Below are positions 52,301-63,419 of a stretch of DNA of 64,000 nucleotides, piece after piece (position 1 is the first letter of the stretch; each line of letters starts with the position of its first letter). The position numbers and the translations under genes were made by a program. The stretch covers positions 54,746,001-54,810,000 of the forward strand of contig NW_027266308.1 in NCBI RefSeq assembly GCF_022045235.1, in the 5' to 3' direction. The notes under the pieces were generated by a model. That model ran no database searches. It saw only the letters and a list, made by a program, of their open reading frames with translations, and was not told the DNA's origin. This DNA is from Haliotis cracherodii (taxonomy: Eukaryota).

Positions 52301-53852
52301 GGGGATAAATTTCATATGTAGTATATGTTTACATGGCGGCGATATATTTCATATGTAGTCTATTTTCCGTTCTTTCTAAACCCCAATATTCATTTTCAGA
52401 TATGTATAAATATATGGGTAGACGTATTCCCGCCATGTACGAATGATATCTACACAGACATGTGTATGGTGATTGATGTGTCGGTAATGTGAAGTGTAGC
52501 TGACTGTGCATACTGGTTTCATACAACAGTGCATCTGTGCTGAAGTGGGAGTTTAGTTGATGTAGGTGGTGAGGTCGCCCGAGTTTCGGTCGGTTGCAGT
52601 TGGTTGGAGAATAATCAAAGTAAGCACACACAATGTCTACACAACCAGAGAGATTGCGTGAGTTGGACTTTACACGCTATTTTAGCAATATTCCAGCAAT
52701 ATCAAGGCAGGCCCACCAAAAATGAGTAAATATGGTACATTGTATTTTTTATTACTATCGAGTGGGTTTGGTCGCTTGTATTTACTCGCATTGTATCTAA
52801 GGGGGGAATCAAGCCCGCATCTCCAGTGTGACGTCGCTTGTATTTACTCGCATTGTATCTAAGGGGGGAATCAAGCCCGCATCTCCAGTGTGGCGATGTT
52901 TTAACCACAAGGCAACCCCACAGCCTGTTGCAAAGATTTAGATTTCTCTTAAAAGTTGTATCTGTAATAAGGTTGTTTTTTTAGGGGACAGTCATCTTCG
53001 TCAGCATCAGGTGCTTCAGCGTCCCCGTCAACGAGCACGTCTACTCAACACGAAGCATCAACGCCAGGTGGACCAACTCTATCCCTTCCTTGTTCCAACT
53101 GTTTGACCAGAATAGTGGACATCCAACTCAGGCCATGTGGCCACAGGTTCTTGTGCAGAGCGTGTGTGGCGACCGTTAAGCAGTGCCCCTCCTGTAAACA
53201 GGACATCAAGGATGTGGATGAGATTCAGGGTGAGTGTTAACAGTCTCAGGGTGAGTCTCAACAGTCTCAGTGTGAGTCTCAACAGTCTCAGGGAGAGTGT
53301 TAATAGTCTCAGGGTGAGTCTCAACAGTCTCAGGGTAAGTGTTAACAGTCTCAGGGTGAGTCTTAACAGTCCCTGGGTGAGTCTCAACAGTCTCAGGGTG
53401 AGTGTTAACAGTCTCAGGTTAAGTGTTAACAGTCTAAGGGTGAGTCTTAACAGTCCCTGGGTGAGTCGCAACAGTCTCAGGGTGAGTCTTAACAGTCTAC
53501 GAGTAAACATACCCCCAAACAAACAAGCAACTTGTTGGAATACATATCTTTCGTTTTTTAATAACTGGTTATCATGTGAACTTCATGTCTATTTTGACCG
53601 CCTCCGTGGACTAGTGACAGATCGTCCGCCCGGAGAGCGGAAGGTCCAGGGTTCGAACCCCGCCCGCGTCATACCTAAAAACCTGAAAAGATGGTACTTG
53701 TTTTTGCCCTATCTGGCGTTCGGCATTAAGGGGCTAAAACAAGGAGTGGTCGGCTTGGAGTCAGTATACTGTGTCTGAGTGGGGTATTCATGTTAAACTG
53801 CGGCATGGTATCTCAGTGGGCTAGCACTATCACTCCAGACTACAACCAGCAG

Positions 53853-53934
<82 letters not shown>

Positions 53935-54027
53935 GTACATGCACGTCGCTATATAAGTGCAATAATCTCGGACGCGACGTTAAACCTCATTTCACCTCAC
54001 CACCTCATGTCTATTTTGTTATCCAGG

Positions 54028-54072
<45 letters not shown>

Positions 54073-54202
54073 GTACATGCACGTCGCTATATAAGTGCAA
54101 TAATCTCGGACGCGACGTTAAACCTCATTTCACCTCACCACCTCATGTCTATTTTGTTATCCAGGTTCAGGACTTAAAGATCAGTCGTGTAAAGTACAGT
54201 GA
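34519..54202 (+). CDS. Mind bomb family (MIB2-like) E3 ubiquitin ligase: MIB/HERC2-ZZ-MIB/HERC2, two Mib repeats, ankyrin repeats, one C3HC4 RING, C-terminal CaaX; 18 coding exons, 876 aa
   Basis: Exons 34519-34720, 35411-35582, 36021-36127, 36980-37216, 38113-38237, 39552-39680, 40402-40506, 41331-41496, 41950-42104, 43160-43308, 43507-43663, 45641-45795, 47401-47533, 48144-48246, 50191-50282, 51028-51188, 52985-53229, 54165-54202. All introns are GT-AG with matching phases, total 2631 nt. Motifs: GTRVLRGPDW..DGGEGHLGTV (MIB/HERC2); CNGC..CSTC..CSVCY..H..H (ZZ); GDRVCI and GDSVRI..LQLGHGG (Mib repeats); TPLILAC, TPLH, TALHIAA (ankyrin); CSNC..PCGH..CRAC..CPSC (RING). Confidence 0.92.
34911..35156. 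mobile_element. Palindromic element with two hammerhead-like cores (Penelope-like derivative)
   Basis: About 95-bp inverted arms, each containing CTGATGA-A-GGAGTA-loop-TACTCC-GAA(A/G)CGTTG. Confidence 0.65.
36158..36538 (-). mobile_element. SINE family A carrying an internal insertion
   Basis: Family A sequence interrupted at 36374-36452 by a copy of the MIB exon 2 donor region. Confidence 0.85.
37315..37472 (+). mobile_element. SINE family C
   Basis: TSD TCAAATGTAGAG. Confidence 0.9.
37915..38083. mobile_element. Tc1/mariner-pogo-type MITE (same family)
   Basis: TIR and TA TSD; lies about 30 bp upstream of the MIB exon 5 acceptor. Confidence 0.9.
38340..38687 (+). mobile_element. SINE family D
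   Basis: TSD TCATATATTGGC. Confidence 0.9.
40000..40256 (-). mobile_element. SINE family B
   Basis: Full length, TSD GGATACGCGT. Confidence 0.9.
40846..41008 (+). mobile_element. SINE family C
   Basis: TSD TCAAACGTAACA. Confidence 0.9.
42132..42808. mobile_element. Non-autonomous DNA transposon (pogo/Tigger-like TIRs)
   Basis: Ends TA|CCGTATTTCCTCTATT ... AATAGAGGAAATAC; subterminal GACGYC motifs. Confidence 0.6.
43797..44035. repeat. ~78-bp tandem repeat, 3 copies
   Basis: CCCGTCGCGTCAGAATAGCGTCCGTTCCCGTAACCAATCTCCTC recurs. Confidence 0.85.
44069..44336 (+). mobile_element. SINE family B
   Basis: Full length, TSD CCATGACCTGATTG. Confidence 0.9.
46325..47190 (-). pseudogene. R4/Dong-like LINE fragment (restriction-like endonuclease domain)
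   Basis: Frameshifted RH..VDRSFYYRLRHACG..NKPDLVLFDK..IIEFFVPFDTNV..KHGKYAELAFEMSRL..VVRLPIVLGVLG (PD-(D/E)xK-type motifs); the 3' end abuts a (TAG)n tract. Confidence 0.75.
47634..47795 (+). mobile_element. SINE family C
   Basis: TSD TACAAGCGTATTA. Confidence 0.9.
48317..48588 (+). mobile_element. SINE family A
   Basis: TSD ACTAATACTTAGT. Confidence 0.9.
49239..49990. repeat. 27-bp minisatellite in MIB intron 14
   Basis: Unit AGAAGTGTTGCACACTCAGACCCAGAT, about 27 copies. Confidence 0.95.
50359..50518 (+). mobile_element. SINE family C
   Basis: TSD CTACAAGAACATAA. Confidence 0.9.
51289..51527 (-). mobile_element. SINE family B
   Basis: Near full length; forms part of the inverted repeat with 57186-57650. 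Confidence 0.85.
53222..53505 (+). repeat. 21-bp minisatellite made of repeated 5' splice sites
   Basis: Unit ACAGTCTCAGG|GTGAGTCTCA/GTTA starting at the RING exon donor; about 13 copies. Confidence 0.95.
53596..54005 (+). mobile_element. SINE family D
   Basis: TSD TCATGTCTATTTTG; long internal (CA)n. Confidence 0.9.
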
Positions 54203-55261
54203 ACTGTAGACGGTGCCACAGTAAAGAACCAGACAGATTCATCCATGGAAGAACAGAAATTTACAAAACAATATTTTTGCAAAACATGAAACTTAGCGTC
54301 CCGTCAAGTTGTTCATGATTAATAGTGAGTTACTTTTAACGTTGAATGTTTTCCTGCCGCACACATCGGCTTTTTCACCAAATATTAAACACATAATAAA
54401 CAAGGCCGCACAAACCATCGGCTACGTGCCCAGATCAACGACAGCCATGAGCATTCTTCAGTTATCGTTTGTCCCACGTTCATACAGATTTGACCCTCAA
54501 AGCCGAAGTCAGCTCTTCAATGTTTGTTAGTGTCTTTGTACGTATGTACCGTATTTCACCACCGTTGTAATATTAACGTATTTCGATGTCATGGGAGACA
54601 ATTTGTCATTACGATCAGACTAAGTCTGAAACAGCATAAATTATATCCAGACTAACACTTGTGGCTTTATTCACTCGGGTACATATGAAACGTCCATCGT
54701 GGGTGGTTGTTGTAGCATGCCATCAGTACTGTAATTATAACGATTAGCTTTTGTTTCATTTTGGCAGTGTCGTATTCTGAACAGCGTTCATACACATGTA
54801 GAATACTAAACGAGCTCCCGTGAATACCAAATGTATGAAAGGAGTGTGTAGTTCTGGTATCTGTCAGATACCAGAACCATTCACGAGTGTAACAGAATAA
54901 TACTTCAAACAGCTCAAAAGTTTATACTTATTAATTTCATGCCATACCATGGCCCACCTTCAGGGGTCTGTTTCATAAAAGATATCTCAGCGATAAGCTC
55001 GGGGATGTTGAGAGTTTTCAATATTTTTTCGTAAAATTTTATTTTTCACATTACATAAGCACGCGCTTTGGTATTACACAATGTGTGATACAGCTGTATG
55101 TTTATTAAACGAGGGATTTCTTCACGGGCAAATAATAAACTTATTTCTTTGAAAATGCATGTACATATAACTACACGGTATAACCAATGATATGAGTGTA
55201 CACAATAACTGTGTGAAACAAGGTTAAAGTCTGTGCTAACATATAGGTTGCTTACATATAG

Positions 55262-55555
55262 GTTATCTCCATATATCGGTTAAGACGACGCCATTGTATA
55301 TGACCCAAGTCGAATTCCTGTTGGCACCATGGTCCAACATCGACAGTCTGCTTGTCTCGTACTCCGTTATCTCGATATGTCGTTTAAGACATGCCTCTCC
55401 AAGCAGAATTCCTGTCGGTATCATCGTCCAACATCGACAGTCTGCTTGTCTCGTACTCCGTTGTTATCTCGAGAAGTCGTTTAAGACGATGCCTCTCCAA
55501 GCAGAATTCCCGTCGGCATCATGGTCCAACATCGACAGTCTGCTTGTCTCGACCT
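55262..55555. repeat. ~100-bp tandem repeat, 3 copies
   Basis: GTCCAACATCGACAGTCTGCTTGTCTCG recurs three times. Confidence 0.85.
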
Positions 55556-56688
55556 ACTCATCACTCTATGTAATACTTTGGTCACAACCACTTCGACTTT
55601 TTATGACATTGTATTTTGTACATTAGTTAGAGCTAATATCATCGTCATCATTGTTATTCTCATCTTCAAATCAATACAGCATAAGAAAATCTGCTTGTTT
55701 TGTTTTTATTACTAATGTTATTATCATAAAGATCTGCAACTCTTTGTGAAGGGAAAAAACACTTGACCATTACAAATAACATTCCGCAAAGTGAGATGAA
55801 TGTTGCCGCAGACAGCAATCTCCGAGTTATTTCCTTTGGCGAATTGTATATGTCGTGAAATATTGTGGCACCAAAAAAAGGTAGTATTGTTTTACCTGTC
55901 TGTGTATAACGTCTGTATGGTTTCAGAGGACAGGATGATCTCATTGTGACAACCTTTAAACATTTATAAACAATATAGATTCTTTCAAAGTATCCATTTA
56001 TTGGGTGAAGCAATTTCTTAGATGTATTTCGCATAATCGTTAACAATGACTAAGTTGCCTAAATAAAATTGTCAGACACAAAGTTTCAGTTGGGTCACTT
56101 TAATATTCTTTAAACAATACTTTACACTCTTCGCATTTCACAAGATGAACCTTCATTCTTAATCTAAGTAGCATAATCAGCAAGATAGGCTGTCAGAATA
56201 GCAGCTTTCTCGACCTGTTGGAAAATGTTTTAAAAATTCTAAAATATAACTTCGGTTCTGGGGAGCCCAAAAAATTCAATTGTTTTTGGTTAATATCAAA
56301 TATAAACATACTTAAACTCGAGTATCACACGAATTATGTGAAGATTGTTTTACCTCATTTAGAAATACATACACATCAAAACGTATACCCAGGCTATGAA
56401 AAGCGTTTGTAAGGTTAAACATTTCCGGTACTGCCCACATGGTATTAACTGAATACAGAGACAATTCATTCGAACTGCAACAGATAATGTTTTTTTAAAA
56501 CTGTGCTATGAAGAATTGTCAGTCCTTGCAATCTTGGTCTACCTCGTGAACGGTTCAAACTGGTTATCTGCTCAATCAACCTTTGTGTATGATGCCTATG
56601 TTAATGATTTCCATAATTACACAGAGACAATGGCTTAGTTTTTACACATGACATTAACTACGTCTCAGCCTACACTAGAATTGGGCTC

Positions 56689-56789
56689 CAGGGCCCACTT
56701 GCACAAAGCGATCTTAGCGCTGAGATGATCTTAACATAGGATCTTACGATAGTCTTAGCGCTAAGATCGTTTTGTGCAAGTGGGCCCTG
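56689..56789. mobile_element. ~100-bp palindromic MITE
   Basis: CAGGGCCCACTTGCACAAAGCGATCTTAGCGCT...AGCGCTAAGATCGTTTTGTGCAAGTGGGCCCTG; related fragments near 9260 and 57930. Confidence 0.8.
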
Positions 56790-56935
56790 ATCGTGGAGTA
56801 TTGTCCCCTGTTAGAGCAGGATGTTGTGATGCCGATATAAAATTTAAGTAAAGGCCAACATCTATAAATATGATCTGTACTTACAACTACTTACGACATA
56901 CTAGTATTCATACTTGACCTTATTCAACATATGTT

Positions 56936-57186
56936 CATCCGGGGTAGAATAGGTCTTCAGTAACCCATGCTTGCCGTAAAAGGCGACAATTCTTGTCGTA
57001 AGAGGCGACAAACGGGATCGGATGGTCAGGCTCGCTGAATTGGTTGATGCATGTCATCAATCCCAATTGCTTGGATCGATGCTCATGATATCAATCACTG
57101 GATTGTCTGGTCCAGACTCGATTATTAACAGATCGCCGTCATATAGCTGGAATATTGCTGAGTGCGGCGTAAAACAACCAACCAAC
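56936..57186 (+). mobile_element. SINE family B
   Basis: Near full-length copy. Confidence 0.85.
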
Positions 57187-57389
57187 CATGGTGATACGAC
57201 AACATTCGATCCACACATCCACATCGCTCATATCCAGAGATGTAACATAACGCACTGAACATGGAGGACATTGCTGACGTTTGTTTGACTTGTCTGTAGT
57301 TTGTACCGACCCTGCCCGCACCTCATGGCTCTAACGTTATGATTTACAAACACCAGGCTAGCAACAACAGCCTTTCCCCTAAATTATTG

Positions 57390-57650
57390 GACCCGTGAAG
57401 ATCCGGGGTAGAATAGATCTTCAGCAATCCAAGCTTGCCGTTAAAGGCGACTATGTTTGTCGTTAGAGGCGACTAACGGGATGGGGAGGTCGGGCGCGCT
57501 GTGGTTGATGCATGTCATCGTATCCCAATCGCGTGGATCGATGCTCACGATGTCAATCACTGGATTGTCTGACTCGATTATATACAGACCGCCGCCATAT
57601 AACTGGAATATTGCTGAGTGCGGCGTTAAGCAGCAAACCAACCAACCAAC
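57390..57650 (+). mobile_element. SINE family B
   Basis: Full length; shares diagnostic variants with 51289-51527. Confidence 0.85.
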
Positions 57651-58226
57651 CACACGCACTTGCCAACATTCAAGTGCAACAATTGTGAACAGGACGGTAA
57701 ACCCCATTTCATCTCACCTCACTTATTTAACTCGTGATAGCGCCATGAATGTGATTGCAATAACCTGTTTCCCTTCGTAAAACGGGCACGCCCAGGATCT
57801 ATTTTTGGAAAACACGGGTAGTTACCAGTCTCGTTACCAAATAAGGAACAGTCCGTTATGCAGGTTATGTCACGTGGAAGACGCGATGGAATGAATGCGG
57901 ACGAATTGTGTTACACAAATGATTACTGGGTGTTCACGTGCGTAAAGCGATCTCAGCGTTACGACTATCCTATCTACCACACGTTAACGTAGATTTACAA
58001 TAATCGGTGCCCTACAACCGCATTGTGAAAGCTGGTCCTATCGATGTAATTGATATTGATTGATTATTTGGGTTTTTTTAGAGAGACATGATATGTTTTA
58101 AGCTCATTGACAAACTCGTTCACAGTGTACGTGTAGTCGAAAGGTATTTTGAAAGACACGTTACGAACTGGAAACGTCAACGCCAAAGAATAATCAGTCT
58201 CAGATATTCCCAAAACTTTCTCCATA

Positions 58227-58523
58227 GGTTGGTTGGTTGGTTTGTTGTTTTACGCCGCACACAGCATTATTGCAGCTATATTACGGCGGTCTGTAAATAA
58301 TCGAGTCTGGACCAGGCAATCCAGTGATTGATATCATGAGCAGACAATCCAGTGATTGATATCATGAGCATCGATCCACACAATTGGGATACGATGACAT
58401 GGATCAACCATAGCGAGCCTGACCACCCGATCCCGTTAGTCGTCTCTTACGACAAGCAGTGTCGCCTTTTTTTGGCAAGCATGGGCTGCTGAAGACCTAT
58501 TCTACCCCCGGATCTTCACGGGA
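58227..58523 (-). mobile_element. SINE family B
   Basis: Full length with small internal duplications. Confidence 0.85.
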
Positions 58524-58949
58524 TCTTCACTCTATTCAGCATTAAAAAAAATGCTGAATAGCGATTAAAAAATGACTCGAATATGTCGTGCTCTGCCGGT
58601 AGCAACCGCCTCTCGCACAGTTTTCATTAATAATAGTAAGCGTTTGTTTGTTTGCTGTATGACGACGCACTCAACAATACTCCAGTCCTATGACGGCGGT
58701 CTGAAAACAATCAAGTTTAGACCAAACAATCCAGTGATTAATATCATGGGCAATGATCCACGCGGTCGTGGCACAACGCCACGCCATCAACCGATCACTG
58801 AGCCTGACCACCCGATCCATTATTGTAAATTACAAGGAGTAAGGAGGTGTGAATAACCCAGGTAAAATTACTTTTAGTTATAAAACAGTACATCTCCAGT
58901 TGATCAATCAAATTTCCAAAACCGTTTATAGTACTAGAGAACATAACCA

Positions 58950-60230
58950 TATCATCAGCTAAACGCAACAAAAACTATCTCAACAGTACTGGATGCAGCT
59001 GTATACGATCAGTACAATTAGCCTTATTTTATGCAGCAAGTTTATTGATGGAAACAGAGCGAAAGGGGCCAAGAATACAGCCTTGGCGTACAGCGATGTA
59101 ACATGTAAATATATCAGGTTTCTAACACATTTTCATGAATATTGCGTAATTATTTTCCCATTTTATTACTCACATCATTTGAATGAAACAATGACCACAT
59201 TTAATTTGTTAACGGGATAAAAATCTACAAATATTGCAAAATGTTTCGCCTTTTCTACATACATTGGTGAATAATCACATGAAGTATAAAAAAAAACATT
59301 TGTCCGTGCATGAGTAAGCTTGTCTAAACATGATTGTTCTTCCGAAATTTTATCTAGTGAATCTGACAGAGTAAGCCTTTTGTTGGTGTCAGAAACAAAT
59401 ATGTTGCTAAAACCACTCAGAAAAGAAGTTCCTTGATAACTGTTTGTTGCATCAGTACATGATACCGATTTATGTATTGGAATTATCACACCACTAGTAC
59501 ACTCTTTTGCGACATAAAACCTTTCTAAAAACGTAATTCAAGGATGGGTGTATAATATAAACCAAATGTTTAAAACACTTGAATTAGATCACCCATGCAG
59601 GGTCTATTACCGTTTTTTAATCCATAGATAGCATTTTGAATGTCCTCCTTTGTAATTGGCAAATCAGGAATCATTTGTAGCATCATTACCACTGAAAATA
59701 GTTTTGAAATGATCATACCACTTATCAATTTCAATATTAGTTTTAGATCCGTAATTTGAATGTATTGTTCCAAGGGTTGTCAAAATTTCTTCCAACGGAC
59801 TTAATGTTATCTTCCAAACTATTTTCTTTCAAGAAATGCAAATTTCTTTTCCCGGCTCGTGGTTTTGTAAATATTTGTAATTCTAGTATCGCACGTCTTT
59901 GTCTCTTATGAATTTGTTGAGGTATGTACATATCTCTTGTTTGAGTAATTGACATACCCATTAAAACCATTGCTTTTCATATGAATTGGAACTGCTTTCT
60001 TCATTCTTCACAACAAAGGAGAGTGCCTCACCAAAATATTGCGATTCTTTCATCATTATTTGTAAATACGGCATCATATACTTTTTCAACAAGAGATATA
60101 AAGTGGATAAATATTTCTTCTTCACCAGTCTCCATTTAAATCTAAATGAACTTGAATAATTGACATCATTATGACTATCAAAGGTTGAAAGAAGCGTACG
60201 TAAAGGTATCGCTAATGGAAAGTGTCGCGG
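58950..60230 (-). pseudogene. Heavily decayed LINE ORF2 fragment (RTEX/L2-like); 55660-56450 may be its continuation
   Basis: PITKEDIQNAIYGLKNG..; IIPIHKS..NSYQGTSFLSGFSNIF..NKRL..ISEEQS resembles LINE RT N-terminal motifs (NYRGISLLS..Q.GF). Confidence 0.55.
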
Positions 60231-60485
60231 CTCGTGCAACCATTCATGATATGAATATTTAAGGCGGAGCCCAGTTTATCAAACATTTATCAATAGTATT
60301 CTGGAAATCACATAAGTCCAGAATGTCGTCCTCCACAATCTGGCTCTGTCCAAGTTCCAGAATTAAAACAGCAAAGACGTTTCATGACCACAGGGCGTTG
60401 TCTATCCGAGCTTCGTTGACCTACGTATACTCTGTGTGCCCGTTCACTGTCTCTTGGAACGAGTACTAGTATGTCAATAGTATTG

Positions 60486-60763
60486 TATGTATGTATGTGT
60501 ATGTATCTTGTTGTTTAACGCCGCACTCAGCAATATTCCGGCTATATGACGGCGGTCGGTAAAATAATCGAGTGTGGACCAGAGAATCCAGTGATTGACA
60601 TCATGAGCATCTATCCACGCAATTGGGATCGATGACAAGTATCAACCAAGTCAGCGAGCCTGACCCTCCGATCTGATCTGTCGCCTCTTACAACAAGCAT
60701 AGTCACCTTTTACGGCAAGTGTGGGTAGCTGAAGACCTATTCTACCCCGGAATCTTCACGGGT
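60486..60763 (-). mobile_element. SINE family B
   Basis: Full length, TSD ATAGTATTGT. Confidence 0.9.
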
Positions 60764-61313
60764 CATCTATAGTATTGTCCTCCCTGCCATTGTTCAACAT
60801 TTTCAAAGTTCTATTTGTGCATATTCAGTAGGATTCGCTCGGTCACTATGGGATATCATATGATATGCAACATTGCAGACGTTTGACGTATCTGTAGTAT
60901 AAAATTGACCCGCCCTGAATGATCAAAACATTTTTTGCTTTCTTTTCGTATTGGTATCTCTGTCCGAAAATAGACATACGACAACGTCTCAGAAAAGCAA
61001 AGCGGCGCCCCTACCAGCAATAGAATGTCATTGACCACCACTGTGAAACTTGTTGGATTTTGACGTCCTCTTCTCAGCAAACTATCAGTACAGTTTGAGA
61101 TGTACAGTGGATTCTCGCAAAGCAGAAACATTTTAAGTGGAAAACACTTCTTTTAGATGCAGATACCTTTCTTTGATCCTGGCACGCTCACTACATAATT
61201 ATCATTATATTCCATCTCCTAAAAAGTAGAAATCTGTTAGTGGAAAAACAATTGTTATATATACATTTACTTGTTCCACAGAGACATGGTACACTGTTAA
61301 TTTGACTTGATAA

Positions 61314-63074
61314 TGGCCCTGTCACACTGCAACGTTCTCGAGTAACTTGCCCCTAGCGTATAAAAAACAGTGAGTACTCTGTCATACGTCGAGCCTTCAT
61401 AAAAAACATGATTTTGGCGTATCCACGAGTTTACCGTATATGTAACGCATGTCTAACGTATTAGTAGCTTATCACTGACTTAAACATAACTTATGAAAGC
61501 GTATAAAAGCGTATTGCCAGCGTGTGTCTGGCGTGTTCAACGTATGGTCAGCGTATGCCCAGCGTATGAGTAACGTATGACTAGCGTGCTCAGAGTAGAG
61601 GAAAAATGCCTAAAACGGGTAGAATAACTTGCTGTGTACACTCATTCATCAAATTACTTCATTCAAGCAGTAGTCGCCCTGTCAACATCATCAAGATGCC
61701 TCCCAAGAAACCTGCCAGGGACCGAGCAAGATCTGGTAAAGTGTCAATTGGAGGATGTCATGCTAATGTTGGCGAATGGTTTCTTCTTGGTGCAGCCTCT
61801 CAGGATCAAGCAGTAGTCGCCCTGTCAACATCATCAAGATGCCTCCCAAGAAACCTGCCAGGGACCGAGCAAGATCTGGTAAAGTGTCAATTGGAGGATG
61901 TCATGCTAATGTTGGCGAATGGTTTCTTCTTGGTGCAGCCTCTCAGGATCAAGCAGTAGTCGCCCTGTCAACATCATCAAGATGCCTCCCAAGAAACCTG
62001 CCAGGGACCGAGCAAGATCTGGTAAAGTGTCAATTGGAGGATGTCATGCTAATGTTGGCGAATGGTTTCTTCTTGGTGCAGCCTCTCAGGATCAAGCAGT
62101 AGTCGCCCTGTCAACATCATCAAGATGCCTCCCAAGAAACCTGCCAGGGACCGAGCAAGATCTGGTAAAGTGTCAATTGGAGGATGTCATGCTAATGTTG
62201 GCGAATGGTTTCTTCTTGGTGCAGCCTCTCAGGATCAAGCAGTAGTCGCCCTGTCAACATCATCAAGATGCCTCCCAAGAAACCTGCCAGGGACCGAGCA
62301 AGATCTGGTAAAGTGTCAATTGGAGGATGTCATGCTAATGTTGGCGAATGGTTTCTCCTTGGTGCAGCCTCTCAGGATCAAGCAGTAGTCGCCCTGTCAA
62401 CATCATCAAGATGCCTCCCAAGAAACCTGCCAGGGACCGAGCAAGATCTGGTAAAGTGTCAATTGGAGGATGTCATGCTAATGTTGGAGAATGGTTTCTT
62501 CTTGGTGCAGCCTCTCAGGACCCTTCACCTCTATCTTCGATGATGTCTCCATCAGAAGTGATGAGGAGGTATTGACCGGGACCCAGTATATACAGAAACC
62601 TCCAAAACTCTGGTACAACGGTACAAATACGCTAGCTAAACGTTAGAAATACGTTAAATAAGTTATTTTGTCGTCAGACATACGTCTAATACGCCATATA
62701 CTTTTGGATGTATACGTAAGACATACGTTAGAAGTAAGTTACGCATACGTTACCAAACGTTAGCTGTACAGTACACCTTCGGCCAACTTATGTCGACGTA
62801 TATCAGCGTATAGGTAACGTATATCTGGCGTATGTAAACGTACTTAGAACGTACCTCTAACGTATGCCCAAAGTATAATTCATACGTTCCCATACGCCGA
62901 AAAGATTTTGCATTCACAAAAATATTTTTAAGCCTCGGCGTACTACAACGTATACCAGCGTGCTTTTAACGCATACAACTTACACCTAACTTATCCATAG
63001 CGTGTTTCAGCGTTGGCAAAAATTCTCATACGTCGACATACGTTACTGCTATACGTTGCAGTGTGACAGGGCAA
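61314..63074. mobile_element. Non-autonomous PIF/Harbinger-type DNA transposon
   Basis: TIRs GCCCTGTCACACTGCAACGT (61316) and ACGTTGCAGTGTGACAGGGC (ending 63072), TAA on both sides, and subterminal RCGTA/TACGY motif clusters. Confidence 0.8.
61663..62520 (+). repeat. Six near-identical 143-bp tandem units inside the Harbinger element
   Basis: Units start at 61663, 61806, 61949, 62092, 62235 and 62378; only two substitutions were noticed. Confidence 0.95.
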
Positions 63075-63419
63075 TAAGTAGAAAAGCAGCCTGTTTGGTT
63101 GCAAAACCAGATAATGACTAAGCCGTTACTACCCTATTGAGTAATTAACAGACACATGGAAGTGCTGCTCCCCTCCCGAAACGAAACTGACGTCCAAAAG
63201 GAACTTTACCAGAGTTTGAAATCACTCTTGCTCAAAAACATCAAAACATACATGCATGAAGTAAAGTGTATTGAGAAGATCAATATATCAACATAATCAA
63301 CACTGAAAATGACAATCATACCGCGACCGAGAATGACGTTAGAGCACCAAAAGTTGGGTGTGGTACACAACTCGAGCTTTCAGAATCATGGACAATAGGC
63401 AGAGTACATGAACAATCGC

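Noticed and set aside
61663-62520. CRISPR-like array
   Set aside because: The units are identical head-to-tail with no unique spacers, there are no cas genes, and the context is eukaryotic.
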